A stretch of DNA of 64,000 nt from Escherichia phage vB_EcoM_ACG-C40. Within the stretch, counting starts at the first letter, position 1; each line of letters begins with the position of its first letter. The stretch lies in the sequence record NC_019399.1. One strand, written 5' to 3'. The notes under the pieces are model-generated. The model did no database searches and was not told the origin of the DNA. It was given only the letters and a program-made list of their open reading frames with translations. Made by a program: the position numbers and the translations under genes. Below are positions 48,725-64,000 of this stretch, one piece after another.

Positions 48725-51700
48725 CAGTAAAAGCACCTTCAGTCACTAGTCTCAGAATTTCCAAGTTATCCGCAAATCAGGTGCAAGTACGCTGGGATGA
48801 CGTTGGTGCTAATTTCTACTATTTTGTAGAAATCGCTGAGACAAAAACGAACTCGGGGGAAAATCTCCCGAGTAATCAATACAGATGGATTAACTTAGGA
48901 TATACTGCAAATAACAGCTTCTTTTTTGACGATGCTGACCCATTGACATCATACATTATTAGAGTAGCTACAGCTGCACAAGATTTTGAGCAGTCTGATT
49001 GGATTTATACCGAAGAGTTTGAAACTTTTGCTACAAATGCTTATACATTTCAAAACATGATTGAAATGCAATTAGCTAATAAATTCATTCAGGAAAAATT
49101 TACTCTTAATAATTCTGACTATGTTAATTTTAATAATGACACTATAATGGCTGCATTGATGAATGAATCATTCCAATTCAGCCCATCATATGCTGATGTT
49201 TCATCAATAAGTAATTTTATTATTGGTGAAAATGAGTATCATGAAATACAAGGTTCTATTCAGCAAGTATGTAAGGATATTAATCGAGTTTATTTGATGG
49301 AATCAGAAGGGATTCTATATCTTTTTGAGCGTTATCAACCTGTAGTTAAAGTATCCAATGATAAAGGTCAAACCTGGAAAGCTGTAAAGCTCTTCAATGA
49401 CCGTGTAGGATATCCTTTATCTAAGACTGTATATTACCAATCTGCGAGCACAACATATGTTCTAGGATACGACAAGATTTTCTATGGCCGCAAATCGACT
49501 GACGTTAGATGGTCAGCAGATGATGTCAGATTCAGTTCGCAGGATATAACATTTGCTAAACTTGGCGACCAGTTACATTTAGGATTTGATGTAGAAATCT
49601 TTGGTACTTATGCGACTTTACCAGCGAATGTATATCGTATAGCTGAAGCCATTACTTGTACGGATGATTATATCTATGTTGTTGCCAGAGATAAAGTTAG
49701 ATATATAAAAACGAGCAATGCACCTATAGATTCTGATCCATTATCTCCAACATATTCGGAAAGGCTATTTGAATCTGATACAATGACTATAACTGGAAAT
49801 CCTAAAGCAGTATGCTATAAAATGGATTCTATTGGTGATAAAGTTTTTGCTCTTATTATCGGTGAAGTTGAAACATTAAATGCTAATCCTAGAACGTCAA
49901 AAATAATTGATTCTACTGATAAAGGAATATATGTTTTAAATCATGACACAAAAACGTGGAAAAGAGTTTTTGGCAACACTGAAGAAGAAAGAAGACGTAT
50001 TCAACCTGGGTATGCGAATATGTCAACTGATGGTAAATTAGTTTCTCTATCTTCGAGTAATTTTAAATTTTTAAATGATAACGTTGTTAATGACCCTGAA
50101 ACTGTAGCAAAATATCAGTTAATCGGTGCCGTTAAATATGAATTTCCTCGTGAATGGTTAGCTGATAAGCATTATCATATGATGGCATTTATAGCAGATG
50201 AAAAGTCTGATTGGGAAACTTTTACGCCTCAGCCAATGAAATACTACGCAGAACCGTTCTTTAATTGGTCTAAAAAATCTAACACACGCTGTTGGATAAA
50301 CAACTCTAATAGAGCTGTAGTAGTTTATGCTGATTTAAAATACACTAAAGTTATAGAAAATATTCCGGAAACATCACCAGATAGATTAGTTCATGAATAC
50401 TGGGATGATGGTGATTGTACGATAGTAATGCCAAATGTTAAATTCACGGGATTTAAAAAATATGCGTCTGGGATGCTTTTTTATAAATCTTCTGGTGAAA
50501 TAATTTCTTATTATGATTTTAACTATCGTGTGAGAGATACAGTAGAAATTATTTGGAAGCCGACTGGAGTATTTTTAAAAGCATTTTTACAAAACCAAGA
50601 GCATGAGACTCCTTGGTCGCCAGAAGAAGAGCATGGATTAGCTGACCCTGATTTAAGACCATTAATTGGCACAATGATGCCTGATTCTTATTTGTTGCAG
50701 GATTCGAATTTTGAGGCATTTTGTGAAGCATATATTCAATATCTTTCTGACGGATACGGAACTCAGTATAATAATTTACGAAATTTAATTCGTAATCAGT
50801 ATCCACGAGAAGAGCATGCGTGGGAATATTTGTGGTCAGAGATATATAAAAGAAACATTTATTTAAATGCTGACAAACGTGATGCTGTTGCAAGATTTTT
50901 TGAATCACGTAGTTATGATTTTTATTCTACTAAAGGAATTGAAGCATCATACAAATTTCTTTTTAAAGTTCTTTATAATGAAGAAGTTGAAATTGAAATT
51001 GAATCTGGAGCTGGTACTGAATATGATATAATCGTTCAATCTGATTCTTTGACTGAGGATTTAGTAGGACAAACGATTTATACAGCTACAGGAAGATGTA
51101 ATGTTACTTATATAGAAAGAAGTTATTCTAATGGTAAATTGCAATGGACCGTGACTATACATAATCTTTTGGGGCGTTTAATAGCAGGGCAAGAAGTTAA
51201 AGCAGAAAGACTTCCTAGTTTTGAAGGCGAAATTATTCGTGGGGTTAAAGGAAAGGATTTGCTTCAAAATAATATAGACTATATTAATAGAAGTCGATCA
51301 TATTATGTAATGAAAATTAAATCCAATTTACCTTCTTCTCGTTGGAAATCTGACGTTATTCGTTTTGTTCATCCAGTAGGATTTGGATTTATAGCAATCA
51401 CGCTTTTAACTATGTTTATTAATGTCGGTTTAACTCTTAAACACACAGAGACAATAATTAATAAATATAAAAACTACAAATGGGATTCTGGATTGCCTAC
51501 TGAATATGCTGATAGAGTAGCTAAATTAACTCCAACTGGCGAAATTGAACATGATTCAGTAACAGGAGAAGCAATTTATGAACCTGGCCCAATGGCTGGT
51601 GTAAAATATCCTCTTCCTGATGACTATAATGCTGAAAATAATAATTCAATATTTCAAGGTCAATTGCCTTCTGAACGACGCAAGTTAATGAGTCCTCTAT

Positions 51701-51819
51701 TTGACGCATCTGGAACAACATTTGCACAATTTAGGGATTTAGTTAATAAACGTCTAAAAGATAATATAGGAAATCCAAGAGACCCTGAAAATCCAACACA
51801 GGTTAAAATAGATGAATGA
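48721..51819 (+). CDS. 7: baseplate wedge protein gp7
   Basis: 1032 aa. Confidence 0.92.
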   Translation: MTVKAPSVTSLRISKLSANQVQVRWDDVGANFYYFVEIAETKTNSGENLPSNQYRWINLGYTANNSFFFDDADPLTSYIIRVATAAQDFEQSDWIYTEEFETFATNAYTFQNMIEMQLANKFIQEKFTLNNSDYVNFNNDTIMAALMNESFQFSPSYADVSSISNFIIGENEYHEIQGSIQQVCKDINRVYLMESEGILYLFERYQPVVKVSNDKGQTWKAVKLFNDRVGYPLSKTVYYQSASTTYVLGYDKIFYGRKSTDVRWSADDVRFSSQDITFAKLGDQLHLGFDVEIFGTYATLPANVYRIAEAITCTDDYIYVVARDKVRYIKTSNAPIDSDPLSPTYSERLFESDTMTITGNPKAVCYKMDSIGDKVFALIIGEVETLNANPRTSKIIDSTDKGIYVLNHDTKTWKRVFGNTEEERRRIQPGYANMSTDGKLVSLSSSNFKFLNDNVVNDPETVAKYQLIGAVKYEFPREWLADKHYHMMAFIADEKSDWETFTPQPMKYYAEPFFNWSKKSNTRCWINNSNRAVVVYADLKYTKVIENIPETSPDRLVHEYWDDGDCTIVMPNVKFTGFKKYASGMLFYKSSGEIISYYDFNYRVRDTVEIIWKPTGVFLKAFLQNQEHETPWSPEEEHGLADPDLRPLIGTMMPDSYLLQDSNFEAFCEAYIQYLSDGYGTQYNNLRNLIRNQYPREEHAWEYLWSEIYKRNIYLNADKRDAVARFFESRSYDFYSTKGIEASYKFLFKVLYNEEVEIEIESGAGTEYDIIVQSDSLTEDLVGQTIYTATGRCNVTYIERSYSNGKLQWTVTIHNLLGRLIAGQEVKAERLPSFEGEIIRGVKGKDLLQNNIDYINRSRSYYVMKIKSNLPSSRWKSDVIRFVHPVGFGFIAITLLTMFINVGLTLKHTETIINKYKNYKWDSGLPTEYADRVAKLTPTGEIEHDSVTGEAIYEPGPMAGVKYPLPDDYNAENNNSIFQGQLPSERRKLMSPLFDASGTTFAQFRDLVNKRLKDNIGNPRDPENPTQVKIDE

Positions 51820-52816
51820 TTCAAGTGTTATCTATCGTGCGATAGTTACTTCAAAATTTAGAACAGAAAAAATGTTGAATTTTTATAATTCAATTGGGAG
51901 TGGTCCGGATAAAAACACTATCTTTATCACATTTGGAAGATCAGAACCGTGGTCATCAAATGAAAATGAGGTGGGCTTTGCCCCACCTTATCCAACCGAT
52001 TCTGTATTAGGCGTAACTGACATGTGGACGCATATGATGGGAACAGTAAAAGTTCTTCCATCAATGCTTGACGCTGTTATTCCTCGCAGAGATTGGGGAG
52101 ATACTAGATATCCGGATCCATACACATTTAGAATTAACGATATTGTAGTGTGTAACTCAGCTCCTTACAACGCTACTGAATCAGGCGCAGGCTGGTTAGT
52201 ATATCGTTGTTTAGATGTTCCTGATACCGGAATGTGTTCAATAGCATCTTTAACTAATAAGGATGAATGCCTCAAATTAGGCGGAAAATGGACTCCTTCT
52301 GTTAGGTCAATGACTCCTCCTGAAGGTCGAGGAGATGCGGAAGGAACAATCGAACCTGGAGACGGATATGTTTGGGAATATCTTTTTGAGATTCCGCCCG
52401 ATGTATCTATAAATAGATGCACAAATGAATATATCGTAGTTCCTTGGCCTGAGGAATTAAAAGAAGATCCAACTAGATGGGGGTATGAAGATAATCTCAC
52501 TTGGCAACAAGATGATTTTGGATTAATTTACCGGGTTAAGGCAAATACTATCCGTTTTAAAGCATATTTAGATTCAGTTTACTTTCCTGATGCTGCATTG
52601 CCAGGAAATAAAGGATTTAGACAAATATCAATAATCACAAATCCTCTTGAAGCTAAAGCTCATCCAAATGACCCAAATGTTAAAGCTGAAAAGGATTATT
52701 ATGATCCAGAAGATTTAATGAGGCATTCGGGCGAAATGATTTATATGGAAAATAGGCCACCTATTATCATGGCAATGGATCAGACAGAAGAAATCAATAT
52801 TCTGTTTACATTTTAA
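51812..52816 (+). CDS. 8: baseplate wedge protein gp8
   Basis: 334 aa. Confidence 0.92.
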   Translation: MNDSSVIYRAIVTSKFRTEKMLNFYNSIGSGPDKNTIFITFGRSEPWSSNENEVGFAPPYPTDSVLGVTDMWTHMMGTVKVLPSMLDAVIPRRDWGDTRYPDPYTFRINDIVVCNSAPYNATESGAGWLVYRCLDVPDTGMCSIASLTNKDECLKLGGKWTPSVRSMTPPEGRGDAEGTIEPGDGYVWEYLFEIPPDVSINRCTNEYIVVPWPEELKEDPTRWGYEDNLTWQQDDFGLIYRVKANTIRFKAYLDSVYFPDAALPGNKGFRQISIITNPLEAKAHPNDPNVKAEKDYYDPEDLMRHSGEMIYMENRPPIIMAMDQTEEINILFTF

Positions 52817-52820
52817 ATTA

Positions 52821-52845
52821 AGGGAGCCCATGGGCTCCCTTTTTC
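52821..52845 (+). terminator. intrinsic terminator after gene 8
   Basis: gggagcccatgggctccc followed by tttttc. Confidence 0.6.
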
Positions 52846-52847
52846 TT

Positions 52848-52855
52848 TATAAATA
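52848..52855 (+). promoter_or_regulatory. late promoter TATAAATA for gene 9
   Basis: tataaata 25 nt upstream of the ATG at 52880. Confidence 0.55.
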
Positions 52856-52879
52856 CTATAAACTCATAAGGAAACCGCT

Positions 52880-53746
52880 ATGTTCATTCAAGAACCAAAG
52901 AAATTGATTGATACCGGCGAAATTGGTAACGCTTCTACTGGTGATATCTTATTCGACGGTGGTAATAAAATTAATAGTGATTTTAACGCAATTTATAATG
53001 CGTTTGGCGATCAGCGTAAAATGGCAGTAGCAAATGGCACTGGAGCAGATGGTCAAATTATCCATGCTACTGGATATTATCAAAAGCACTCTATCGCGGA
53101 GTACGCAACTCCAGTGAAAGTTGGCACTAGACATGATATTGATACCTCTACTGTAGGTGTTAAAGTTATTATTGAAAGAGGAGAACTTGGCGATTGTGTT
53201 GAATTCATTAACTCTAATGGATCAATATCAGTTACTAATCCTTTAACGATTCAGGCTATTGATTCAATTAAAGGCGTTTCAGGTAATTTAGTAGTAACTA
53301 GTCCATATAGTAAAGTTACTTTACGTTGTATTTCATCTGATAATTCTACGTCGGTTTGGAATTATTCTATTGAAAGTATGTTTGGTCAAAAGGAATCACC
53401 TGCTGAAGGTACATGGAATATTTCTACATCTGGGTCAGTTGACATTCCACTATTTCATCGTACTGAATATAACATGGCTAAATTGTTAGTTACATGCCAA
53501 TCAGTAGATGGAAGAAAAATTAAAACGGCAGAAATAAATATTCTTGTAGATACTGTTAATTCAGCGGTCATTTCTTCTGAATATGCTGTCATGCGGGTTG
53601 GAAATGAAACAGAAGAAGACGAAATCGCTAATATTGCATTTAGTATTAAAACAAATTATGTAACAGCGACTATAAGTTCTTCAACTGTCGGTATGAGAGC
53701 AGCAGTTAAAGTTATCGCTACGCAGAAAATCGGGGTGGCTCAATAA
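52880..53746 (+). CDS. 9: baseplate wedge, long tail fibre socket gp9
   Basis: 288 aa. Confidence 0.92.
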   Translation: MFIQEPKKLIDTGEIGNASTGDILFDGGNKINSDFNAIYNAFGDQRKMAVANGTGADGQIIHATGYYQKHSIAEYATPVKVGTRHDIDTSTVGVKVIIERGELGDCVEFINSNGSISVTNPLTIQAIDSIKGVSGNLVVTSPYSKVTLRCISSDNSTSVWNYSIESMFGQKESPAEGTWNISTSGSVDIPLFHRTEYNMAKLLVTCQSVDGRKIKTAEINILVDTVNSAVISSEYAVMRVGNETEEDEIANIAFSIKTNYVTATISSSTVGMRAAVKVIATQKIGVAQ

Positions 53747-55551
53747 TGAAACAAAATATTAATATCGGTAATGTTGTTGATGATGGTACCGGTGACTACC
53801 TGCGTAAAGGTGGTATAAAAATAAATGAAAACTTTGATGAACTTTATTATGAACTTGGCGATGGAGATGTTCCATATTCAGCCGGTGCCTGGAAAACTTA
53901 TAATGCTTCATCCGGTCAAACATTAAAAGCTAAGTGGGGAAAATCATACGCTATTAATACCTCTTCTGGAAGAGTAACTTTACAACTTCCTAAAGGAACT
54001 GTTAATGATTATAATAAAGTAATTAGAGCTAGGGATGTATTTGCAACATGGAACATTAATCCAGTTACTTTAGTAGCTGCTTCTGGGGATACAATTAAAG
54101 GGTCGTCATCGTCAGTTGAAATTAATATTCAATTTAGTGATTTAGAGCTCGTTTATTGTGCTCCAGGACGTTGGGAATATGTCAAAAACAAACAAATTGA
54201 CAAAATTATTAGTTCAGATATTAGTAATGTAGCACGTAAAGAATTTTTAGTCGAAGTTCAAGGACAAACAGACTTTTTAGATGTTTTCCGCGGAACTAGC
54301 TATAATGTTAATAACATCCGAGTAAAACACCGTGGTAATGAATTATATTACGGCGATGTATTTAGTGAAAACAGTGACTTTGGCTCTCCTGGGGAAAATG
54401 AAGGAGAATTGATTCCTCTTGATGGATTTAATATTAGGTTAAGACAGCCTTGTAATATTGGTGACACTGTTCAAATTGAAACATTTATGGATGGTATATC
54501 ACAATGGAGAAGTTCATATACAAGACGCCAAATAAAAGTATTAGATTCAAAATTAACGTCAAAAACTTCTTTAGAAGGAAGTATTTACGTTACTGATTTA
54601 TCAACAATGAAATCAATTCCATTCTCTGCATTTGGATTAATTCCTGGAGAACCTATTAATCCTAATTCTCTTGAAGTTCGTTTTAATGGAATTTTACAAC
54701 AACAGGCTGGAACAGCAGGATATCCTCTGTTTTTGTGTGAAGGTGCTAACTCAGATACGCAAGCAGGATGTATATCTCTTGGTGGTGAATGGAAAGAATC
54801 TAACACAGATTATTCTATAGAATATGAAGATGGAAAACCTGTCAGTCTTTTATTTGATAGAAAATTTGAATCAGGTGATATAATCGTTATAACATGGTTT
54901 AATAATGATTTAGGAACTCTTTTAGAAAAAGATGACATTATTGAATTAACTGATGACCGTTATGTTAGTAAAGGATCATCTACTGAAGTTACTGGGGATG
55001 TAGCCTTAACAGATTTTGATAAAATCGGTTGGCCAAATGTTGAAAAAGTTGATTCTTATACTAGAACGTATAATTCAATATCATCTATTTTCGATAGCAT
55101 TTATCCCGTAGGTTCAATTTATGAAAATGCTATAAACCCAAATAATCCGGTGACTTATATGGGGTTTGGTTCGTGGAAATTATTTGGTAAAGGACAAGTT
55201 TTAGTAGGATGGAATGATGATGTTACAGATCCAAACTTTGCATTAAACAATAATGATTTAGATTCTAGCGGAAATCCTTCACACACTGCCGGTGGAACAG
55301 TTGGAACAACGTCAGTAACGCTTGAAAATGCAAATCTTCCTGCGACTAAAACTGACGAAAGAGTTTTAATTGAAGATGAAAATGGATCAGTTATTATTGG
55401 AGGTTGTCAATATGACCCAGATGAAACTGGTCCTATATATACAAAATATCGTGAAGACTATGCAACAACAAACTCTTCACATACTCCTCCTACTAATATT
55501 AGTAATATTCAACCGTCTATTACTGTATACCGTTGGATAAGGATTGCATAA
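53746..55551 (+). CDS. 10: baseplate wedge / short tail fibre attachment gp10
   Basis: 601 aa. Confidence 0.92.
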   Translation: MKQNINIGNVVDDGTGDYLRKGGIKINENFDELYYELGDGDVPYSAGAWKTYNASSGQTLKAKWGKSYAINTSSGRVTLQLPKGTVNDYNKVIRARDVFATWNINPVTLVAASGDTIKGSSSSVEINIQFSDLELVYCAPGRWEYVKNKQIDKIISSDISNVARKEFLVEVQGQTDFLDVFRGTSYNVNNIRVKHRGNELYYGDVFSENSDFGSPGENEGELIPLDGFNIRLRQPCNIGDTVQIETFMDGISQWRSSYTRRQIKVLDSKLTSKTSLEGSIYVTDLSTMKSIPFSAFGLIPGEPINPNSLEVRFNGILQQQAGTAGYPLFLCEGANSDTQAGCISLGGEWKESNTDYSIEYEDGKPVSLLFDRKFESGDIIVITWFNNDLGTLLEKDDIIELTDDRYVSKGSSTEVTGDVALTDFDKIGWPNVEKVDSYTRTYNSISSIFDSIYPVGSIYENAINPNNPVTYMGFGSWKLFGKGQVLVGWNDDVTDPNFALNNNDLDSSGNPSHTAGGTVGTTSVTLENANLPATKTDERVLIEDENGSVIIGGCQYDPDETGPIYTKYREDYATTNSSHTPPTNISNIQPSITVYRWIRIA

Positions 55552-56210
55552 TGAGTTTACTTAATAATAAAGCGGGAGTTATTTCCCGCTTAGCGGATTT
55601 TCTTGGTTTTAGAACTAAGAAAAATGATATTTCGATTATGAATAATCAGCCAGTAGGCGCTGTAACAATTTCACAAATATCAAAAGGTTTTTATGATTCA
55701 AATGTAGAATCTGCTATCAATGACGTTAGAAATATGGCAGAGCAACCGGTTGGAGCTGTATTAGTTAATATAAGCGGCGTATCTCCTACTGGCGTGCAAC
55801 AAACCGACTATTGGTCATTTGAAGGAACTGTTACTGATACTTCAGTCAAATCAGGTGACCCAGTTATTGTTAACATGTTTGGTATTCCAGTTAAAGCTAC
55901 TAATGGAATGACTTCAATTGAATTTACTAGTGCCGTTAGAATAGCTCTACAGGAAATGGTTGTAAAATTTATTGCAATTGATTCATTTGAAGACCATCCT
56001 ACCATAGGAAATAAAATACAAGTTAAGTATTTAGATAACCAAGAACATATCTTAGAACAATACTCTGATAAAGGAATTACTTTCAAACAGGAAATAATTT
56101 CTCCTTCTAAACCTGGGTATGGAACTTGGCAATTATTAGGTGCGCAAACTGTTACGCTAGATAGTCACACACAACCTACAGTATTTTATTATTTTGAGAG
56201 AGTAGCATGA
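55551..56210 (+). CDS. 11: baseplate wedge / tail pin gp11
   Basis: 219 aa from ATG 55551 ([10 protein letters not shown]...), TAATG overlap with gp10; track start is upstream. Confidence 0.9.
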   Translation: MSLLNNKAGVISRLADFLGFRTKKNDISIMNNQPVGAVTISQISKGFYDSNVESAINDVRNMAEQPVGAVLVNISGVSPTGVQQTDYWSFEGTVTDTSVKSGDPVIVNMFGIPVKATNGMTSIEFTSAVRIALQEMVVKFIAIDSFEDHPTIGNKIQVKYLDNQEHILEQYSDKGITFKQEIISPSKPGYGTWQLLGAQTVTLDSHTQPTVFYYFERVA

Positions 56211-57757
56211 GTAACAATACATATCAGCACGTATCAAATGAATCAAAATATGTTAAATTCGATCCTACTGGATCGAATTTTCCTGGCACTGTTACGACAG
56301 TACAGTCTGCATTATCAAAAATAAGTAATATCGGCGTAAATGGTATTCCTGATGCAACTATGGAAGTTAAAGGAATAGCAATGATTGCGTCAGAGCAAGA
56401 GGTTTTAGATGGAACTAATAATTCTAAAATCGTTACACCAGCTACATTAGCAACAAGATTATTGTATCCAAATGCTACTGAAACTAAATATGGTTTAACG
56501 CGTTATTCAACAAATGAAGAAACATTAAAAGGCTCAGATAATAATTCATCAATAACACCACAAAAACTGAAATACCACACTGACGATGTGTTCAAAAATA
56601 GATATTCGTCTGAGTCATCAAACGGGGTTATTAAAATATCATCTACACCTGCAGCTTTGGCTGGAGTTGATGATACTACTGCGATGACTCCGCTAAAAAC
56701 CCAAAAACTTGCAATGAAATTAATTTCGCAAATAGCTCCTTCAGAAGACACTGCAACAGAATCGGTGAGAGGAGTAGTTCAATTATCTACTGTTGCACAA
56801 ATTCGTCAAGGAACTCTCCGCGAAGGATATGCAATTTCCCCGTATACCTTTATGAATTCTGTTGCAACACATGAATATAGGGGTGTTATACGCCTAGGAA
56901 CGCAGACTGAAATTAATAATAATTTGGGTGGTGTTGCAGTAACAGGTGAAACACTAAATGGTCGAGGAGCTACCGGTTCTATGCGTGGAGTAGTTAAATT
57001 AACGACACAAGCCGGTATTGCCCCTGAAGGTGATAGCTCTGGAGCATTAGCATGGAACGCAGATGTAATTAATACTCGTGGTGGACAAACTATTAATGGT
57101 TCTTTAAATTTAGACCATCTTACAGCAAATGGAATTTGGTCACGCGGTGGAATGTGGAAAAATGGCGATCAACCTGTTGCCACTGAAAGATATGCGTCCG
57201 AACGAGTTCCGGTTGGAACTATTATGATGTTTGCGGGTGATTCAGCACCTCCAGGTTGGATTATGTGTCATGGTGGAACCGTGTCAGGTGACCAATTTCC
57301 TGATTATAGAAACGTAGTTGGAACAAGATTTGGTGGCGATTGGAATAATCCTGGCGTTCCTGATATGCGGGGTCTTTTCGTCAGAGGAGCCGGCACAGGC
57401 GGTCATATTTTAAATCAACGTGGACAAGATGGCTATGGAAAGGATAGACTGGGCGTAGGATGTGACGGAATGCATGTTGGTGGTGTTCAGGCACAACAAA
57501 TGTCATACCATAAACATGCTGGTGGTTGGGGTGAATATAACAGAAGTGAAGGCCCATTTGGCGCGTCAGTTTATCAAGGATATCTTGGAACTAGAAAATA
57601 TTCCGACTGGGATAATTCTTCATACTTCACTAATGATGGATTTGAATTAGGTGGACCGAGAGATGCTCATGGTACACTTAATCGTGAAGGATTAATTGGT
57701 TATGAAACTAGACCATGGAATATATCATTAAACTATATTATTAAAGTTCATTACTAA
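56207..57757 (+). CDS. 12: short tail fibre gp12
   Basis: 516 aa. Confidence 0.9.
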   Translation: MSNNTYQHVSNESKYVKFDPTGSNFPGTVTTVQSALSKISNIGVNGIPDATMEVKGIAMIASEQEVLDGTNNSKIVTPATLATRLLYPNATETKYGLTRYSTNEETLKGSDNNSSITPQKLKYHTDDVFKNRYSSESSNGVIKISSTPAALAGVDDTTAMTPLKTQKLAMKLISQIAPSEDTATESVRGVVQLSTVAQIRQGTLREGYAISPYTFMNSVATHEYRGVIRLGTQTEINNNLGGVAVTGETLNGRGATGSMRGVVKLTTQAGIAPEGDSSGALAWNADVINTRGGQTINGSLNLDHLTANGIWSRGGMWKNGDQPVATERYASERVPVGTIMMFAGDSAPPGWIMCHGGTVSGDQFPDYRNVVGTRFGGDWNNPGVPDMRGLFVRGAGTGGHILNQRGQDGYGKDRLGVGCDGMHVGGVQAQQMSYHKHAGGWGEYNRSEGPFGASVYQGYLGTRKYSDWDNSSYFTNDGFELGGPRDAHGTLNREGLIGYETRPWNISLNYIIKVHY

Positions 57758-57766
57758 GGATTACAA

Positions 57767-59224
57767 ATGATTGAATTAAAAGAGTTACCTTTTGTTGATA
57801 GCGTTCCTGACGAAGGTCAGGAACGTATTTCATGGATTAAAAATGGTGAAGAAATATTAGGAGCTAGTACTAAGTATGGAAATGATGGATCAATGAATAG
57901 ACCAATTGTTTCCGTGTTTAAAAACGTCGAAGTTCTTGATGAAAATGTGGGAATTCTTAAAACTGCCATTGAAACATCACAGAAAGATATTAAAACAATT
58001 CAAGGAGTTTTAGATGTATCAGGAGATATAGAAGCACTATCGCAGATCAGTGTTAATAAAAATGACATATCGAATTTAAAGACACTTACCAGTGAACACA
58101 CTGATATATTAACTGGAACTAATAATACAGTTGACAAAATTATTGCTGATATAGGTCCATTTAATGATGAAGAAAACTCTGTTTATAGAACAATTAGAAA
58201 TGATTTATTGTGGATTAAACAGGAATTAGGACAATATTCTGGCCAAGACATTAACGGTCTTCCTGTTGTTGGTAATGCTAGCACAGGAATGAAACACAGA
58301 ATAATAACAAATAGTACATTATTATCTTCACAGGGCATTCGTTTAAGCGAATTAGAAAATAAATTTACTGAATCTGACGTAGGATCATTAACTGTTGAAG
58401 TTGGTAAATTACGTGATGAACTTGGTAATAAACCAGTAGATTTTGGGCCAAATATTTATAATAGATTAAACACCATAGATGATAAACAAACTTTAATAAT
58501 TTCTGATATAGCAGAAATTAAATCTTCTATTGGATACCCAGAAAATGTTTCTATAATAACAGAAATTAATAATAACAAAAGTAGCATTGAAGCTATTAAT
58601 AATGAATTAAATCAGAGTGAAGGTGTTAAACAGCGCTTAACGGCTATTGAAACTTCTATAGGTTCAGATGATATTCCTTCTAGTATTAAAGGAAAAATTA
58701 AAAATCACACAACTTCTATTGAGTCTTTAAACGGAATTGTTGGTGAAAACACTTCGTCTGGTTTAAGAGCGAATGTTTCGTGGTTAAATCAAATTGTTGG
58801 AACTGACTCCAGCGGAGGACAACCGTCTCCTTCTGGATCTCTATTAAATAAAGTTTCAGTGCTTGAAGGAGAAGTTTCAGTTTTAAACAATAATGTTCAA
58901 AATATACAAGTTGAAATAGGAAATAATAGAACAGGAATTAAAGGTCAAGTTATTGAACTTACTTCACTTATAAATGGAAATAATCCTGACGGATCAACTG
59001 TTGAAGAACGAGGATTAACTAATTCTATAAAAACGAATGAAACCAACATTGCGGCAGTCACACATGAAGTAAATACAGCTAAAGACAATATATCCTCTTT
59101 ACAGAGCAGCGTTCAAGCTCTACAAGAAGCAGGTTATATTCCTGAAGCTCCAAAAGATGGCCAAGCTTACGTTCGTAAAGACGGCGAATGGGTACTACTT
59201 TCTACCTTTTTATCACCAGCATAA
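57767..59224 (+). CDS. wac: fibritin (whisker) wac
   Basis: 485 aa coiled coil ending in the foldon [27 protein letters not shown]. Confidence 0.95.
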   Translation: MIELKELPFVDSVPDEGQERISWIKNGEEILGASTKYGNDGSMNRPIVSVFKNVEVLDENVGILKTAIETSQKDIKTIQGVLDVSGDIEALSQISVNKNDISNLKTLTSEHTDILTGTNNTVDKIIADIGPFNDEENSVYRTIRNDLLWIKQELGQYSGQDINGLPVVGNASTGMKHRIITNSTLLSSQGIRLSELENKFTESDVGSLTVEVGKLRDELGNKPVDFGPNIYNRLNTIDDKQTLIISDIAEIKSSIGYPENVSIITEINNNKSSIEAINNELNQSEGVKQRLTAIETSIGSDDIPSSIKGKIKNHTTSIESLNGIVGENTSSGLRANVSWLNQIVGTDSSGGQPSPSGSLLNKVSVLEGEVSVLNNNVQNIQVEIGNNRTGIKGQVIELTSLINGNNPDGSTVEERGLTNSIKTNETNIAAVTHEVNTAKDNISSLQSSVQALQEAGYIPEAPKDGQAYVRKDGEWVLLSTFLSPA

Positions 59225-59226
59225 CA

Positions 59227-59242
59227 TGGGGCCGCAAGGCCC
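59227..59242 (+). other. hairpin with GCAA loop between wac and gene 13
   Basis: ggggccgcaaggcccc; no U-run, so more likely an RNA stability or processing element than a terminator. Confidence 0.4.
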
Positions 59243-59255
59243 CAAAGGATTTTAA

Positions 59256-60957
<1,702 letters not shown>

Positions 60958-60998
60958 TAAATATTATAAACTAATTAAAGCCCAGATTAGGAGAAATC

Positions 60999-64000
<3,002 letters not shown>

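Noticed and set aside
43545-54806. Minus-strand ORFs inside late structural genes (43545..43754, 43902..44102, 50549..50908, 52165..52500, 54585..54806 and others)
   Set aside because: Antisense to long, conserved baseplate genes; no promoters or SD; implausible as real genes.

Overview
This window is a T4-like (Tevenvirinae) phage genome segment, called by reading the supplied ORF translations and the raw sequence; no searches or tools were run. The left ~42.7 kb is transcribed on the minus strand: gene 44 (partial), 45, rpbA, 46, 47, a-gt, 55, the nrdH/nrdG/nrdD/49/pin/nrdC block, a long accessory region, rI, tk, regB, a GrcA-like glycyl-radical cofactor, lysozyme e, nudE, a 10-tRNA cluster, internal-protein genes, 57B/57A and genes 1, 3, 2, 4. 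From 42.7 kb the plus strand carries late structural genes 53, 5, 5.4, 6-12, wac, 13-16 and the start of 17. Eleven minus-strand early promoters share GTTTAC, an 18-bp spacer and a TACTAT-like -10; C(UUCG)G hairpins mark many minus-strand gene ends. The most interesting material is in the accessory regions: a tRNA set that differs from the T4 set I recall (extra Tyr, Asn, His; no Gln) with an HNH endonuclease at its edge, a P-loop ATPase operon, a Pol-beta-type nucleotidyltransferase, a macro-domain protein, repeated promoter-plus-targeting-peptide internal-protein cassettes, and three freestanding homing endonucleases. Many ORF-track starts are TTG/GTG extensions; I moved starts to the first ATG with a Shine-Dalgarno where I checked. 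All T4 comparisons are from memory.
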